The notes: generated by a model not told the origin, from the letters alone. 64,000 nt of DNA from Hormiphora californensis (GCA_020137815.1 CM035356.1:3348001-3412000); one strand, 5' to 3'; shown: positions 25,095-40,736, counted from the stretch's first letter. A program made the numbers and translations.

Positions 25095-25150
25095 ATTCTG
25101 CACGGTTCACAGTTGACTGGAGCTCCAGTCAACTGTGAACCGTGCAGAAT
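25095..25150. repeat. Perfect 56-bp palindrome with no spacer
   Basis: ATTCTGCACGGTTCACAGTTGACTGGAG|CTCCAGTCAACTGTGAACCGTGCAGAAT. Confidence 0.95.
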
Positions 25151-25921
25151 TTATTGGAGAGCTATATTATACGTCGCGGCTGGGGTATCCGTGACGCACG
25201 AAACTATGCAAAAGCTTCAAAATCAAACCAGACAGAAGACTGAGCGGACAGCTGGACTGAGCTAGAGTTCTTTCCGAGAGAGTTCCGGGACACTGCAGTA
25301 TAATAGCTATCTCTCATTTTACAAGTTGTTCTTCCTGGGCCTGGGAGGCCACCGGGGGGGCACACTATACGTGTAGTAATATGTGCACTATGTTCTCTCA
25401 GTTCCTAGTTCCTACAGAGTATAGTGCAGCGGAGAGAATGGATGCAGTGTAAAGAATGCATTGTACTGAGAGACTACACCACCTCCTGTAATTCTGATTC
25501 AATGCACTATTATAATTGCACGTGCTGCATATAATGCCAAACAATGCTTAAGATCAAATCATCTGGCTAGATCTTGTATAGAGTGGGATATGAGAAGTAA
25601 TAGAGCGATACAGTAATACTAGATAGATTCGAGGGAAGCTGGTAGTATGAACTATGAAAGAGACGTTAGAAAGAGAGTTAGGAGGAGATGGACGCTTCGG
25701 GTACTGGGTAGTAGGAGGAGATCTCTAGCCGAAAAGTGAATGGGAGTCCAGCAATATGGTGCTCCAGAACCACCAAAACTCTACTTTGATGTAGCTCCAG
25801 CGTATAGTAGGAGATCTAACGGGGGACACTGTGATCAGTGTATGAAGATTGAACGGAAATGTACTTCATGCTCAATTACATTACACTACAATTAGAGGAG
25901 GGGAGTCAGACAGAGGTGATG

Positions 25922-26078
<157 letters not shown>

Positions 26079-27205
26079 GAGACTGACTCCCCGGAAGTTG
26101 TGAACTAATTGAGGGAGAATGGCAGACTTCACACATTGAGAGGGAACTGCTATGATAGGAGAACAATGAACACATGGCTTCCTCTACAACATTCACACCT
26201 ACTAGACGACGAGAAGATAGCTATTATAGACGTTATGTGTTATATTCGTTGGAGCAGAGATAAATAAATAAATTAATAACCCTCCTTGGCTACGCTCGAA
26301 TAGAAGAGGGGACAAAAGGCGGGGGAGTGATAATATTATGGCGACTGACAGATTACAGGCTAGACAAAATGGAGTATTTAGAGCTGCCGGATATCAATTA
26401 TTAACTATCAGGTGGACGAATAACCTATAATTATATCGGCCATTACATCATAATATAGGGAAGCAGAGAGGAAGGTGGTATTCAAGTTCATATCATGTGT
26501 GGGAATATTCTCGAAATACAACATATGCCACTCAGCTGCTGTTGATGTGACACACACACAGTGTAATACAGTGCTGGGAATCAGATAGCGGCAAACAGGC
26601 GCTGCTACTCATTCTAGCTCATTCTGGTACTGTCTTTGTGCTACTTTTCTATCTTTCTCTCTCTCTATCTTTCTCTCTCTATCTTTTTCTTTCTCTATCT
26701 CTCTCTATCTTTCTCTCACACAGTGCTTATATTCAGGCATATTTAGAATGGCGAACAGGAAATTGCAGCTTGTCGGAGATCTAAAGTAATGCTGGAGTTG
26801 AAAAGAGAGATGGAGAGAGATGGAGAGAGGGGAGATAGAAATAGAGAGAAAGAGAGATGGAATGATATAGGGACAATAACTGTAGACCTCTATGTTTGGA
26901 ACTATTTTAAATTCTAAAAACGTGGGAGACAACAACTTCTCAGTCATTATGGGAGACACGGAGAGATCATTTCCTTTCATTATATAATTTATAATTTAAT
27001 TAGAATAATTCAATTTAAAGAAACAAATTTCTATCTTTCTTATTCGAAAAACAACTTTACTCGGATTGTAAGCATCAAAGTTTTGAAGAATATACAAATT
27101 AGGCTCTTGGGATATTCGAGTATATTTGAGATGGTATCTAGAGAGGGAAAACCCACGACTTGGCAGTTGACAGGACTCCGAGAGACAAAGAGAGAGGGAG
27201 AGAGG

Positions 27206-27296
<91 letters not shown>

Positions 27297-28459
27297 CTCA
27301 CATTCCAGCTGCATACCAAGGGCTGCTGACAGTCAGCTGTTACCCACAAATCGAGATAGGAAGTTCCCCGCCTACATTTTTCCAGGCACTCCGCCCTATA
27401 TAATAGTACTAGTAGGTTTGCTGTAGACTGACAGGCGCCTATAACAGCTGTAGCCTAATAGCGTGTGATCTCATTCTCACAACAACTACTGCTGCTGTAA
27501 GCTGATCCTGATGCATCGACTAGTGAAACACATTGGAGATAGGATCTGAACCAAGATAGGATCTGAACCTCTTATGACAGAGAACGGATTTGTTTCCATC
27601 CGAAACATTGGAAAAGGGATTTTTCTAAGCTGCACCTAGAAAACGCGAGTGCGAGAAACCCATGGGTGGTCGAACCAGGGCGACAGACACAGTAATTAGC
27701 TGTCTTTCACGCGAGACTGGGTCTAGCACCGCACCCCGGACAGGTAATATAACATAATAATTAATAAGAATAATATACAGACCTCCTTTCTAAAATTCTA
27801 CAGATAGAGAGGAGGTCCAATACACGGAGAAGACACGAAAAAAAGAGAGAAAAAAGAGGTCCGACCAATATATGTCGGAGGGAAAACCTATAATATCAAC
27901 CTGCCGTCCTGCGGTCCAGACAAGCGTCTAGAGATAACACAACGTGCTGTACTAGACAGCCCGGTCACTGGACTCTCTGGTCTAGCATCTCACTCACTAG
28001 ACACACCTTATGATACCTCCATCACTCTTTTAGCCAAGCTTCTCTACTTTTCAAACTCCTCTAAGGTATGAAAAAGGGCAACAAAATATATGTTATAGGA
28101 CAAAAATACTATGGCATTACGATTCACGCGTGAGCTAGGGACCATGCAGGTATAATCCCCTCCCATTATCACTCATTGTGCCCGCTAGCTGAGGCGTGGG
28201 CCGGGTTTAATGTTTATCATGGGGTGGGGGGGGGGGGGGGTGGTCTTGGGATAACTAGTAAAACATATTCCACCTGTTACGTGGTATTACTGAGTTTAAA
28301 ACATGCCCCACCACATGGCGAAACAATGGTATGGTACCATGCCTGGTCAAACACGCCCCACGAATCCAAATTGTTAGATCCACGAGTAATTAACCCCGCT
28401 CATTGATGAACTATATGCAATTACTACCCGCTCAGCTTACAGATCTATCATCCCACACA

Positions 28460-28497
<38 letters not shown>

Positions 28498-28827
28498 AGA
28501 TTTACTATGAGAGTTTTCATAACTATATCAACCTCGCATGTTGTGTGTATGTTGAGTGAGGCATAACTTGAGATGTTTTTTTTCAAACATCTACAATTAA
28601 TAACTCATTCACTGAATGACTCATTCAGCATTCTATGCTTTTCTTAGTTTTTATAATCTATCAACGCTATAATCATAACGCACTGTTTATATGGCTTCAA
28701 TTTACAAGGGACGTCAGTTGTTTTCTATTTCTGTTCCTGTGTACCACTTGTTTTACTTCAGTTAGTAAGGGGAGGGAGAGTCGAGAATTTAACACATCTT
28801 TACTGGGAGATCTCAGATCTCAGGATT

Positions 28828-28863
28828 GTTGTGTAACATCTCTCTAGAGAGATGTTACACAAC
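28828..28863. repeat. Perfect 36-bp palindrome
   Basis: GTTGTGTAACATCTCTCT|AGAGAGATGTTACACAAC. Confidence 0.9.
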
Positions 28864-29142
28864 GTGACAACAATCATGTCCTTCGTGGCGTTATAACTGC
28901 AGGCTGCTCTCCCAGATGACCTTATTTGAGATAGAGAGGGGATAGAAAAAGGAAAGCGTTCGACACAGCCTACACCATTCTACAAGTTTGCCTTTATAGT
29001 TTATAATTTGAAGGTAGAGGGGACGCAGGTTGGACCATGGCATCAGGATTTGTCAGGACAGCACGTGGCGATAGTTTTCACTTCCCACCCATTGCCATGA
29101 TCTTTTGTAATGTTCTAACCCTCATTTACATATGTAAAGCGC

Positions 29143-29619
29143 ATGAAAAGAGGGTAGAGCAAGGCAAATGATCTTATAAAACCGTTCCCTCGCCTCAATT
29201 AAGTCGTTGCTTGTGTTGTAAATGTGTGCATTTTGACTCCTGAATCTAAGATTCAGGAGTCAAAATACACACATTTACAACACAAGCAACGACTTAATTG
29301 AGGCGAGGGAACGGTTTTATAAGATCATTTGCCTTGCTCTACCCTCTTTTCATATTTTATGAAGGAGCAATATTACTGCTCCTTCATAAAATATTATATG
29401 CCCCCAAACAAGTAGGTACAGAAGAATAGGCAACCATGTTACTGCAGAACAGAAACAGTTTGGCAGTCTTCAATAAGATTCAGTGAATCTTATTGAAGAC
29501 TGCCAAACTGTTTCTGTTCTGCAGTAACATGGTTGTCTATATATCTTCTGTATACCTACTTGTTTGGGTGCATATAATATTTTATGAAGGAGCAGTAATA
29601 TTGCTCCTTCATAAAATAT
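29143..29619. repeat. Two abutting long palindromes upstream of the GPCR
   Basis: 29143-29353 (centre GAATCT-A-AGATTC) and ~29352-29619 (centre GATTCA-G-TGAATC, with terminal hairpins TTTTATGAAGGAGC..GCTCCTTCATAAAA). Confidence 0.93.
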
Positions 29620-29805
29620 TTTATTAGTTACCAAATTATAGAGACGAGTTTACTAGTGATGTCACGTGATACACATACTTCTATAATTGGTCCAATTTTC
29701 CCGTGGTCTGCATGTATTGCCCCATGTGTTTGACCGCCGTCAGAGTTTCTGCTAATGGAGACACTTAATTTTCCAGTGATAAAACTATAGTGTTTTAGAT
29801 ATAAT

Positions 29806-30801
29806 ATGGCAATTTTCGGTGACGGAGGGACTTCAGTTCCAGACTTTCCACTGATGATCTTCTTCATTCTGCTGTCCGGTTTTGCAATTCCTCTCAATCT
29901 CCTAGTACTACGACACAACTACTGGAAAAACTCATCCATCGCACGAGATCTTTACCTTGTGCTCGGCACTGTGGATCTCTTCACATGTCCGATCATTAGT
30001 ATTGGAGTGGCTGTCGGTCTTTGGCAACAAAAGGACCCAGCTTGTTTTGAGGATACCACCCAGTCGGCCATATGTGACGATAAATACTATTACTACATGA
30101 ATCGAAATGGCACGGAAGGATGCGCATTTTACTCATTTGTGTCCCAAATTGTTTACGAAGCTCCCTTTATCATCACCAGCTATCTTACAGTAGCGAGATT
30201 CTTACAGATAAAATTCCCTTTTAGGGAGATACCAAGAAAACCGTTTTTCGGATCCCTCTTGGTATGCCTCGGTTTTACGGTATTAGTACACGGATTTTAT
30301 GCGTTCTATTCCAAATATATAGACGAATCAGTGTTTGTGAATTACGGCCAAGTTTGTTACCCCCAGAATGGTTTAAATATTTCAGGATATTACATTTCTT
30401 CTTCAAACTTAGATAAAATATTGCAAGTGCCGCGCTGGGTTTTCCAAAGTGTCGGTGTCGTGTTTGGAGCTATGACTGCGTTTCATCTTTTCCAAAGATT
30501 CATGAAACCTGTCGGTAATAGCACTGCGCAATCCCTTGGTAGCACTCTCAGGGTTCTGTTAATAAACGGTCTTAGTTTGTTCAGCCTGGTTATCATGTTT
30601 GTAGCGGATGAACTCGTCTCGGAAAATGAGGAAGAAATGGATGGTGAATCGATTGAGGTAGAGATGCAAAGTAGATCTCTCAGTCTGATGATACTACTAT
30701 TTTTTGCATATGTTGTCCAATCGCCATTGAATTCTTTTTTGGATCCAATTATTTATATCGCTATGAGTAGAGAATCTGTTTTCAAAAACGATGGTACCTG
30801 A
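29806..30801 (+). CDS. Intronless rhodopsin-like (class A) orphan GPCR
   Basis: 331 aa with seven hydrophobic segments. TM1 PLN, TM2 LGTVD, TM3 VARF in place of DRY followed by IKFPF, Cys at the top of TM3 and in ECL2, TM7 DPIIY. AATAAA at ~30863. Confidence 0.9.
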   Translation: MAIFGDGGTSVPDFPLMIFFILLSGFAIPLNLLVLRHNYWKNSSIARDLYLVLGTVDLFTCPIISIGVAVGLWQQKDPACFEDTTQSAICDDKYYYYMNRNGTEGCAFYSFVSQIVYEAPFIITSYLTVARFLQIKFPFREIPRKPFFGSLLVCLGFTVLVHGFYAFYSKYIDESVFVNYGQVCYPQNGLNISGYYISSSNLDKILQVPRWVFQSVGVVFGAMTAFHLFQRFMKPVGNSTAQSLGSTLRVLLINGLSLFSLVIMFVADELVSENEEEMDGESIEVEMQSRSLSLMILLFFAYVVQSPLNSFLDPIIYIAMSRESVFKNDGT

Positions 30802-33800
30802 CACCAAAAAGAACTGTTGCACTAGACAATGCAAGGAGAACATCGCTGAGAATATGTTGAAAATAAAACTTTTATGTACCTCTACTGTCTAGACAATTCG
30901 TATTTTAAAAGTATTTTAATATTGAAAGGCCGATCAAATGATATGTATACACGATTTGCTGTAATTGTTCTTTTCTAATTAAAATTTAAATAACAAAAAT
31001 ACATTATTGTGCTGTTTGATTTAACTTTTTCCCACGCCCTGGGTTAAAACATAACAATCTAGCCAAAGAATTAAACAAGGAATTAAACACGAGACAAAGG
31101 ATCTCCAAGGACCAAAGATCTCTGCAGCTGCATCGTGATAGAGCTGCTGCAGCAAGTGGTGTTGCTGCTGCAGGCGCTTTGTGGTAAGCTGCAGAATGTG
31201 ACAAATAACGGCGATCAGACTGCTCTATTAAGACTACAGAAGACTCTACAGACTGCTATATTAGACTACAAAATAATAAATATAGATCTTACACTTTAAA
31301 GTCTGCAGGGTCTACATCTGATATAATGTTAGACGTAATAAAAGATATGATACAGAACACTTGGAATATTATGGGGGGGGGGGGGGTCGAGACTCGAGAA
31401 CTACAGTGAAACAAACACAGACCGATCTAGGGGTATTTGCTGAGTCTCTCACCCCTTACTCAACAACTAACATTTAACAGAAAGGATAGACAGCACCCGC
31501 AGCATTCAGATCAGACGGGCCAGATGACAAATAGAGTGCCACTTCGTGCAACCCTCCCTATAGATCTAGACGGCTGATATATCAGCTATTAGTCAAGCTC
31601 CCTACATTTCCGTCTCAATATATAATGACCTCATATATAATTGTGGTGGAAGATGCTTCGCTGTCTGTCCGTTCGGCCCGTTAAGCGCTCGCGTAAGCTC
31701 ACACCGGGCTGACAGACAAGGAACATGTCAAGTGGAATCTAGGCATGCGTCATACAGCTAGAGCACGTGGCAATTCCAGCAGAAAGAAAACAGGTAGAAG
31801 TGAAAAGCACAGCTCTCAATTTCAAAGTGATAATGTCGTTTATCACAGAGCGGTATCACCTTTTATATTTAGCGGCCATTTGAAAACTTGATTCACCGTT
31901 TTGAAATAGCATTTTGATAAGAGAAAGCACCGGTATAATATATACCAATTCCAGGCTCTAGAGCGGATAATGATCAGCAGTTCAAAAGAAGGAACTGCTC
32001 TTTATCTCATTACAGACGTCACGCACAAATCACAAAAGGAGCCTAATTAATGGTCAGTAATCATATAGCCACAAGCCAGTATTATGTCAATCTCATATTT
32101 AGTATTTGGCTCACCACCACATATGTCAGTTGTAAATCGAATGAAAAATCAAGGAGAGATAAAGAAGAAAGCGACGTATTGCTGTACAAACCGGGAATTG
32201 TAGAACTTGGTTTTGAGTAGAGGAAGGAAGGGAGTGAGCTGTCAGAGCGCATTGGCCTGATATATGATGCAGGGAGAAAGGAGCTTGGTACACAACACAC
32301 ACACATAGCCATCATGATAACTCATCATCACACGCATATTGTACTGCTGTGATGAACCAATCAATATGTTGGATATATCGAGCGAAGTTATGCGATATAG
32401 ATCGCCTGGGTTACCTCTTCTAGGCCTTCTTCCTCTTGTACCTCCCTTTACCATATCTGTCACACTAGAACATTCTATATATTCCTTCTATCCCTATACC
32501 TCCGCTCTGTAAATAAATCTCTCTTTTTCTCTCTCTTTTTCTCTCTCCCTCTCAGCTCTCTCTCTTTCTCTCTTCAATAAGGCAAATAAACTGACAGGCA
32601 TTCTGGCATTGAGGAGTTAGGTTTTAGGGCTTGGTCGACGAGGAAATTAAAAGAGGGAGAAAAGAATGTCAACTAGGATTTTCGTGATCACAAGAGACAA
32701 CAGTCACATTTGTATTGTTACAGTACTCAAATATTGGAGGGGGTTGGTATTGATCATTCATTGGAGGACTGAGCAATGAATCTACCAAAATAAAAGTGAT
32801 CTCTGTTGCCCCCCCCCCCCCCCCAGTATGACAATGGAATGTGCTAATCAGTTGCACGCGTTGCACTTGAGGGGGGGGGGGGTAAACATGATTTGTATCA
32901 GTAACAATCGCTGGGTCGACAATATGAATTTTCAATTCCATCCCCCACACTATAGAAACACTTGTAAGAGTTCTCACTTGTCGCGAGACAGCATGAACTA
33001 GTGTGTTTCAATATATTGTGTTTGACTCAACTGTCTAAAAGTAAAACAAGTCTAGGATTTCAAACAATGTGAACAGTCCGGAGGGATGTAAAGAGAGAGG
33101 GGGAGAGGAGGGATATAAAGAGAGAGGCGATATAAAGAATTCGTGGCAGCAGTAAATTTGCACTGAATTAAATAAAATGTAGAACTGAGGATGGAAATGA
33201 CAACAGAAACAAAGGCATCAATGCCCAATGGCGTGTGTTTATTTTTGGTTAAAATCGAATGCTGCATTCGATTTTTATAACAGGAAAGAAAGCGGTGCCA
33301 CAATTGATCTTGGCCTTGCAGTCTAGAAACTTCGTGATCTTAATTTGTCAATATCTGACTCTGAAATAGGGTCAGGTCAATGTTCTGACAGACTGGGAAA
33401 CAGCTAAATGAATTGATCTAGAACTACAGCTAGAGAAGAAGCTGGGATAATGAAGTTACAACTGCAGAGCAGGGCCGGGTAATTTGGTATAAAGTGCTCT
33501 CTTAACCTCACCCTTCATTGAAACACAAATTGTGTGACATAATACCAGCTCGGACACTTTGGGAGAGAGAGGGGAGAAAGAGAGGGAGAGAAAGGGATTC
33601 ATTGGAAAGTGTGAGAAGCACTGAAAACTATATAATACGAGAGGAGGAATTTGGGAAATTATAACAGCCCTCGTTCACACAATTGAGCTCAGACGCTTTG
33701 GTTTATCAGATGATGTGAGGACAGTCTGATGAGAGGGAGAGATAGAGAGGGCTGAGGGAGGGAGGGAGAGAGAGAGAGTAAAGTGGGAAGAGAGAGAACA

Positions 33801-33824
33801 AAGATATATGTAAGATGTTAGGAC

Positions 33825-36477
<2,653 letters not shown>

Positions 36478-36819
36478 ATTTGGGCATTTTCCAGTCCCAC
36501 ATATGTCATATACTTATCAGAAATTTGGGGCCTATACCCCTCAAATAGTGTCTGGCTGTGGTCTGGAAATCCCCTACTGAACGGAGAATCACCTTTTCGA
36601 GACGAATCCAATTACAGGCCCCGCGGGGTGTCAGTACAACAAAGCACTCTAATGATTAGAGTACTTTATTGTTAGTAATCATGGTTATTGGTTACTATGA
36701 CAACCCCGCCTTCACCAAGAGAATGGAAAATGCATCACGTGATATGACAGAATTCACACCTTATCGGTGGTGACCTGTTACTTATTATAAATCGACCTAG
36801 ATTTCCTAACAGTATCAAT

Positions 36820-37951
36820 ATGTTCGGGTTGATTGTTTTGCCTCTTCTCCAACTAGCCCACTCCGCCTCAGTGAGCTCCATAGTGGTGGAGACTGGGTCA
36901 GGGAAGTACGATGGAACTGGTGATTCCCTCACAATGACCATATATGGTAGTAAAGGAGATGCAGAGAGGATATCCATAGGAAAGGGCTTTACCACCGGAT
37001 CAAGCAGGACTATTTCCAGGTACTGTGTTACAGACGGTTATCAATAACCTGTCGTACAGGCTGGGTTTTGTGTGTGACGTGTGTATGAAGTGAGTGGGTG
37101 ATATCTATTATAACAGCAGTAGGAAAACAGTCGTGCTTGAACCTGAGGTTCAGGCACGACTGTTTTCCCCTATTATAATAGTGCATATTGTATCACAATA
37201 TTTCCAGGTCAACCCAGGATATCGGAACACCGGAGTGTGTTGTTTTCCAGACTAGTGGAGAGAACCTTTGGGTTCCCAGGGAGGTGACACTCAAAACAAG
37301 AGATGGACAACGTTTCTCATTCCCCAACTCCCGAGGATTTGGGCTATCGAACAAGGAGAACATGGCAAGTGGGTGGGCTGCGGCTATTGGGTTCTGTACG
37401 CCTATAACGGATAGTACGGTAGGAAGACCCCGGAAGTGCACCATTAAAACGAGGACATCCAAGAGGAACAATGCCGGGACAGACAACTGTCTGATGGTGC
37501 CAAGGATATACGGGGATGCGGGGGTGGCAGTGGGTGAGAGCATGGATCGTGTGAAGTATAATGATTTTGAAGCCGGTGCCCTGGATACTTTCACATTTCA
37601 AAACATGCAGAATGTTGGGAGAATCAGGTACTTATACTTACTTGATATTACTTATACTTACTTAATATTACTAGATAAGAGACCAATTTACAAAAAGTAC
37701 CCGGGTATATTTACCAAAAGTACTCGCCGCCCCACGTATTTTGATTGGCACTGCAGACAGGCATCATACAAACATGTTTCCACCCCTGCAGGTGTCTCAG
37801 TTTCAACGTGCTGAAAGGAGATGATGCTTGGCTGTTTTCCTACGCTACAGTCGAGTGTGACGGGGAAAGTGCAAGGACCTTCCGGAATACGCAGAATCAG
37901 TGGTTATCTTACGATGTTTCCGAGGGTGTGAGATTTATCAAAATGTGTTAG
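36820..37951 (+). CDS. Secreted protein with two PLAT/LH2 domains (259 aa)
   Basis: Exons 36820-37019, 37208-37627 and 37792-37951 join in phase. Signal peptide, then VETGSGKYDGT..TIYGSKG..F..G..DIG..W and IKTRTS..AGTD..IYGDAG..NDFEAGALDTF..NVGRI..DAWLF. Confidence 0.88.
37122..37168. mobile_element. ~50-bp palindromic mini-element; other copies at 42629-42681, 48579-48633 and 61146-61187, and a longer relative at 59619-59780
   Basis: GGAAAACAGTCGTGC(C/T)TGAACCT(C/G)AGGTTCAGGCACGACTGTTTTCC consensus recurs through the window. Confidence 0.75.
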
Positions 37952-38365
37952 ATATTATTTTAATGAATTTGATCAATGCAAAACTTCCTTTTTTGTAAAA
38001 TAAATATAAATTCATGCATAGAAAATATCTGTCTTCATTAATATATTTTTTAGTACACGTTTTTCCTTTTTGAGACGTGTCACAACTCGAACGAAAGGTA
38101 AAGCAACTTTTGAGTGAAAATCGATTGAAAGTAAAGTTCCGTTCCTCTCTCCTGACCCTCTCTCACCACACCTCGCAACGACAATTTTATAAAAAAATAG
38201 TTAAGAATCATCCCCGCAAGACACACGTTCTGTTGAGCTGTTTGCAGGTCGGTACCTCTCTACCAATACCGTTTGTGCGTCGTGCTCAATCTCGGTCGCT
38301 GTGAGACTTCTATCTCGATAGTGCGAGGTGTAAATGTCACCATGGTAATTTCGAGGTAGATATCC

Positions 38366-40736
38366 TCATTTGAAAAAGAAGAATCTGACGCTATCCAAGT
38401 TTGTGAGCTCCTTCACCAAATGCTTGTAAGGCAGCAGAGTAACACTTGTAAATATGTCAGGGGTAAGACTTGAGGAACAAGCGATATGTGCCACTTTTGA
38501 TGCCTCATGACACCCTCCCTCACACTTCACCTCTCCACTGACAACTACCATAGTCGGGATCGTAGGTCGGAGGGTGAGGGTGACGGTCCCTGCTCCCCTC
38601 CCACACTCACAAGATAAAGATACTGTTGTTTGGGAGTCAAGGGACAGGTTGAGGGTTGCAGGGGAGACTGGGATGTAATGGGTCCTTGCTATTAGGCGGT
38701 TATTGCTGGGTGGAAGGGGTGGGAATAGCCGGTAAACTAGTCGACTTGATCCTAGGATTCTTTCCGTTAGAAACGGGTTGACAACGTACCTGAGAAAGCA
38801 TGTATGTTATCAATAGAAATATATTTCAGAGGGTTTGCATCCCAATTGGAAGGTTTTTAAGTGAAATATGTTACTTACAAACCTTCTAACTATAGATGAT
38901 TTCCAAATATCTATGATTTGGAGAAATCAACCTCATAACAAGAAATTCGCACGAAAAAACCTGCTTTCACCAGGCGATTCACCGCGCGAAAGAAGGTGAT
39001 TCTCCAGCTCCAGGAGAAGCTATAAAAAACATTTCATAGTACCTCAGAAAGTTAGGACAGAGTTTATCTCTGGGGCACAACCTGACCAGCTCCTCACGAT
39101 ACTGCTTCCTCTCATACCCCGCTGCCATCCACACTAATACCCCCTCGACCATCAACAAAGCATTGTCGTCTACCGTGGGTATGACCTCCTTTAGTTGAGT
39201 TATATCGTAGTTGGTCCACTCCTTACTTCGGACCAGCCTTATGATAGGACCATCTGCTGCTGTGGTTTTGTTAATCTGCTGTTGAGGTACTTCAGGTGTT
39301 GTAGTTCCGGGTTCGTTCCAGGTCCCGCGATTAGCAGCAGCTGGTAGTTGCTGATTAGCAAGTGGAGCTGCTACAGGTTGCTGGATCGGTGGGGCTGGTT
39401 GCTGGGTGGGCGGGGCAGGTTTCTGGATCGGTGGGGCTGCAGCTCCAGATGGTCTGAAGAACTGGTTGGGTGATGGAGGTGGTCGTGGTGAGTCTTCTTC
39501 TTGCAAGACAATGTGTGTGCGGTAGGAGGCGGGAGGGAGGCTTCTTATTTCAGGAGTTGGTTGAGGTGCGTTCCGGCCTGTTTCAGACGGTGAAATATTG
39601 CTTACTGTTATAGGGTTCGGGGGCATGATTTGTTTAGTTTCCAATTCCGTGGGATGTGGAGATAAATTTTGTAGATCTACTACTGTGCTATCTACTTCTT
39701 CTTCTTGGGGTTCAGGTTGGGGAGTCTCCAGAGTCACCTCAAAACTAACTGGTGCCCTTGGACCAATCACAGGTCTCTTTAGCTTCACATCATCTTCATT
39801 CTTCTCCTCTACAATTATAGGTGGTGGAGGTGTGATATCATGTTCCTTCTCTTGCTGAGTTTCACTGTGAGTAGGTTCCTGGTATAATTGTTCAGTAGGA
39901 TGCTGGTGTTCAGTACTAGGCTCTCTCCACTCGGGAGGGGGTGACACAGGACTATCTTCCACCCCAGTCAGGGCCGCTTGGTAGAACATTACCAGCCGGA
40001 ACTTTTCCTCCTTTGAAAGGTTCTCCGAGCACTCGATGAGGAGTTTTGTGAATATGACGTCATACAGTTGTGACGTCATAAGACACCGTGGGAACTGGGC
40101 CGTGGGAAGTTCCAGTACCACTTCCACACAGGAGCTGGCATCCTGGGTGTGGGCGGCTAGCCAGTCAGTTACTGAGGTTAGTAGGAGCTGGGGTTGGGTG
40201 CTTTCCACTGATCTGAGAAACAAGAGAACAGAGTTTTTTGGCAGGGTAGAAAACTTGACAGTCTTTAGGATCTCATCTCCATTTGCCCTACAGTACATTT
40301 GAAGTTTATGTTTTAAATCCTCTTCTAACTCACTCCTACCCAACAGCATCAAGGCAGTAGCAGGGGTTAACGGTAGACTGCTCTGGATGGAGGCAGTCAG
40401 CCAATCTATCCCAAAGTGATCGGCAAACATTAGATAATGAAGCATGTTGTCCGGAGAAAAACCAGAGTGCTCCAGGCCACCGTACAGTGCTGAAACAATG
40501 CACTTAACTGCATCTGTAGGTATACCAAGGTGTGCTAGATTAAGTCTATTGACCCCATCACTCATCCGATCTCTCACCCTCGTTTCTAGCAACCCTCCCT
40601 GTGCTAAGAGGAGCAGCTTGTGACACCTCACCTCACCGTCTACACAGGTGAGCGTGAAGTCAGTAATATCACCGGTGACCAGGGCCTCCCGCAACCATCC
40701 ACCCACCTGACCAGCCCAGGAGCTGGTGTTCGCCAT
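38366..40736 (-). CDS. BTB/POZ-BACK domain protein with Pro/Glu/Gln-rich linker (~725 aa)
   Basis: ATG at 40736 (the ORF-track start at 40790 is TTG just after an AG acceptor). Exon 38983-40736 (donor GTGAAT) joins in phase to exon 38366-38789. BTB: ITDFTLTCVDGEVRCHKLLL..LYGG..ADHFGI. BACK-like: FSTLPKN..VTDWL. Confidence 0.85.

Noticed and set aside
25672-25815. Exon-like open stretch on - (ISYYTLELHQSRVLVVLEHHIAGLPF..)
   Set aside because: No recognisable domain and no partner exons could be linked
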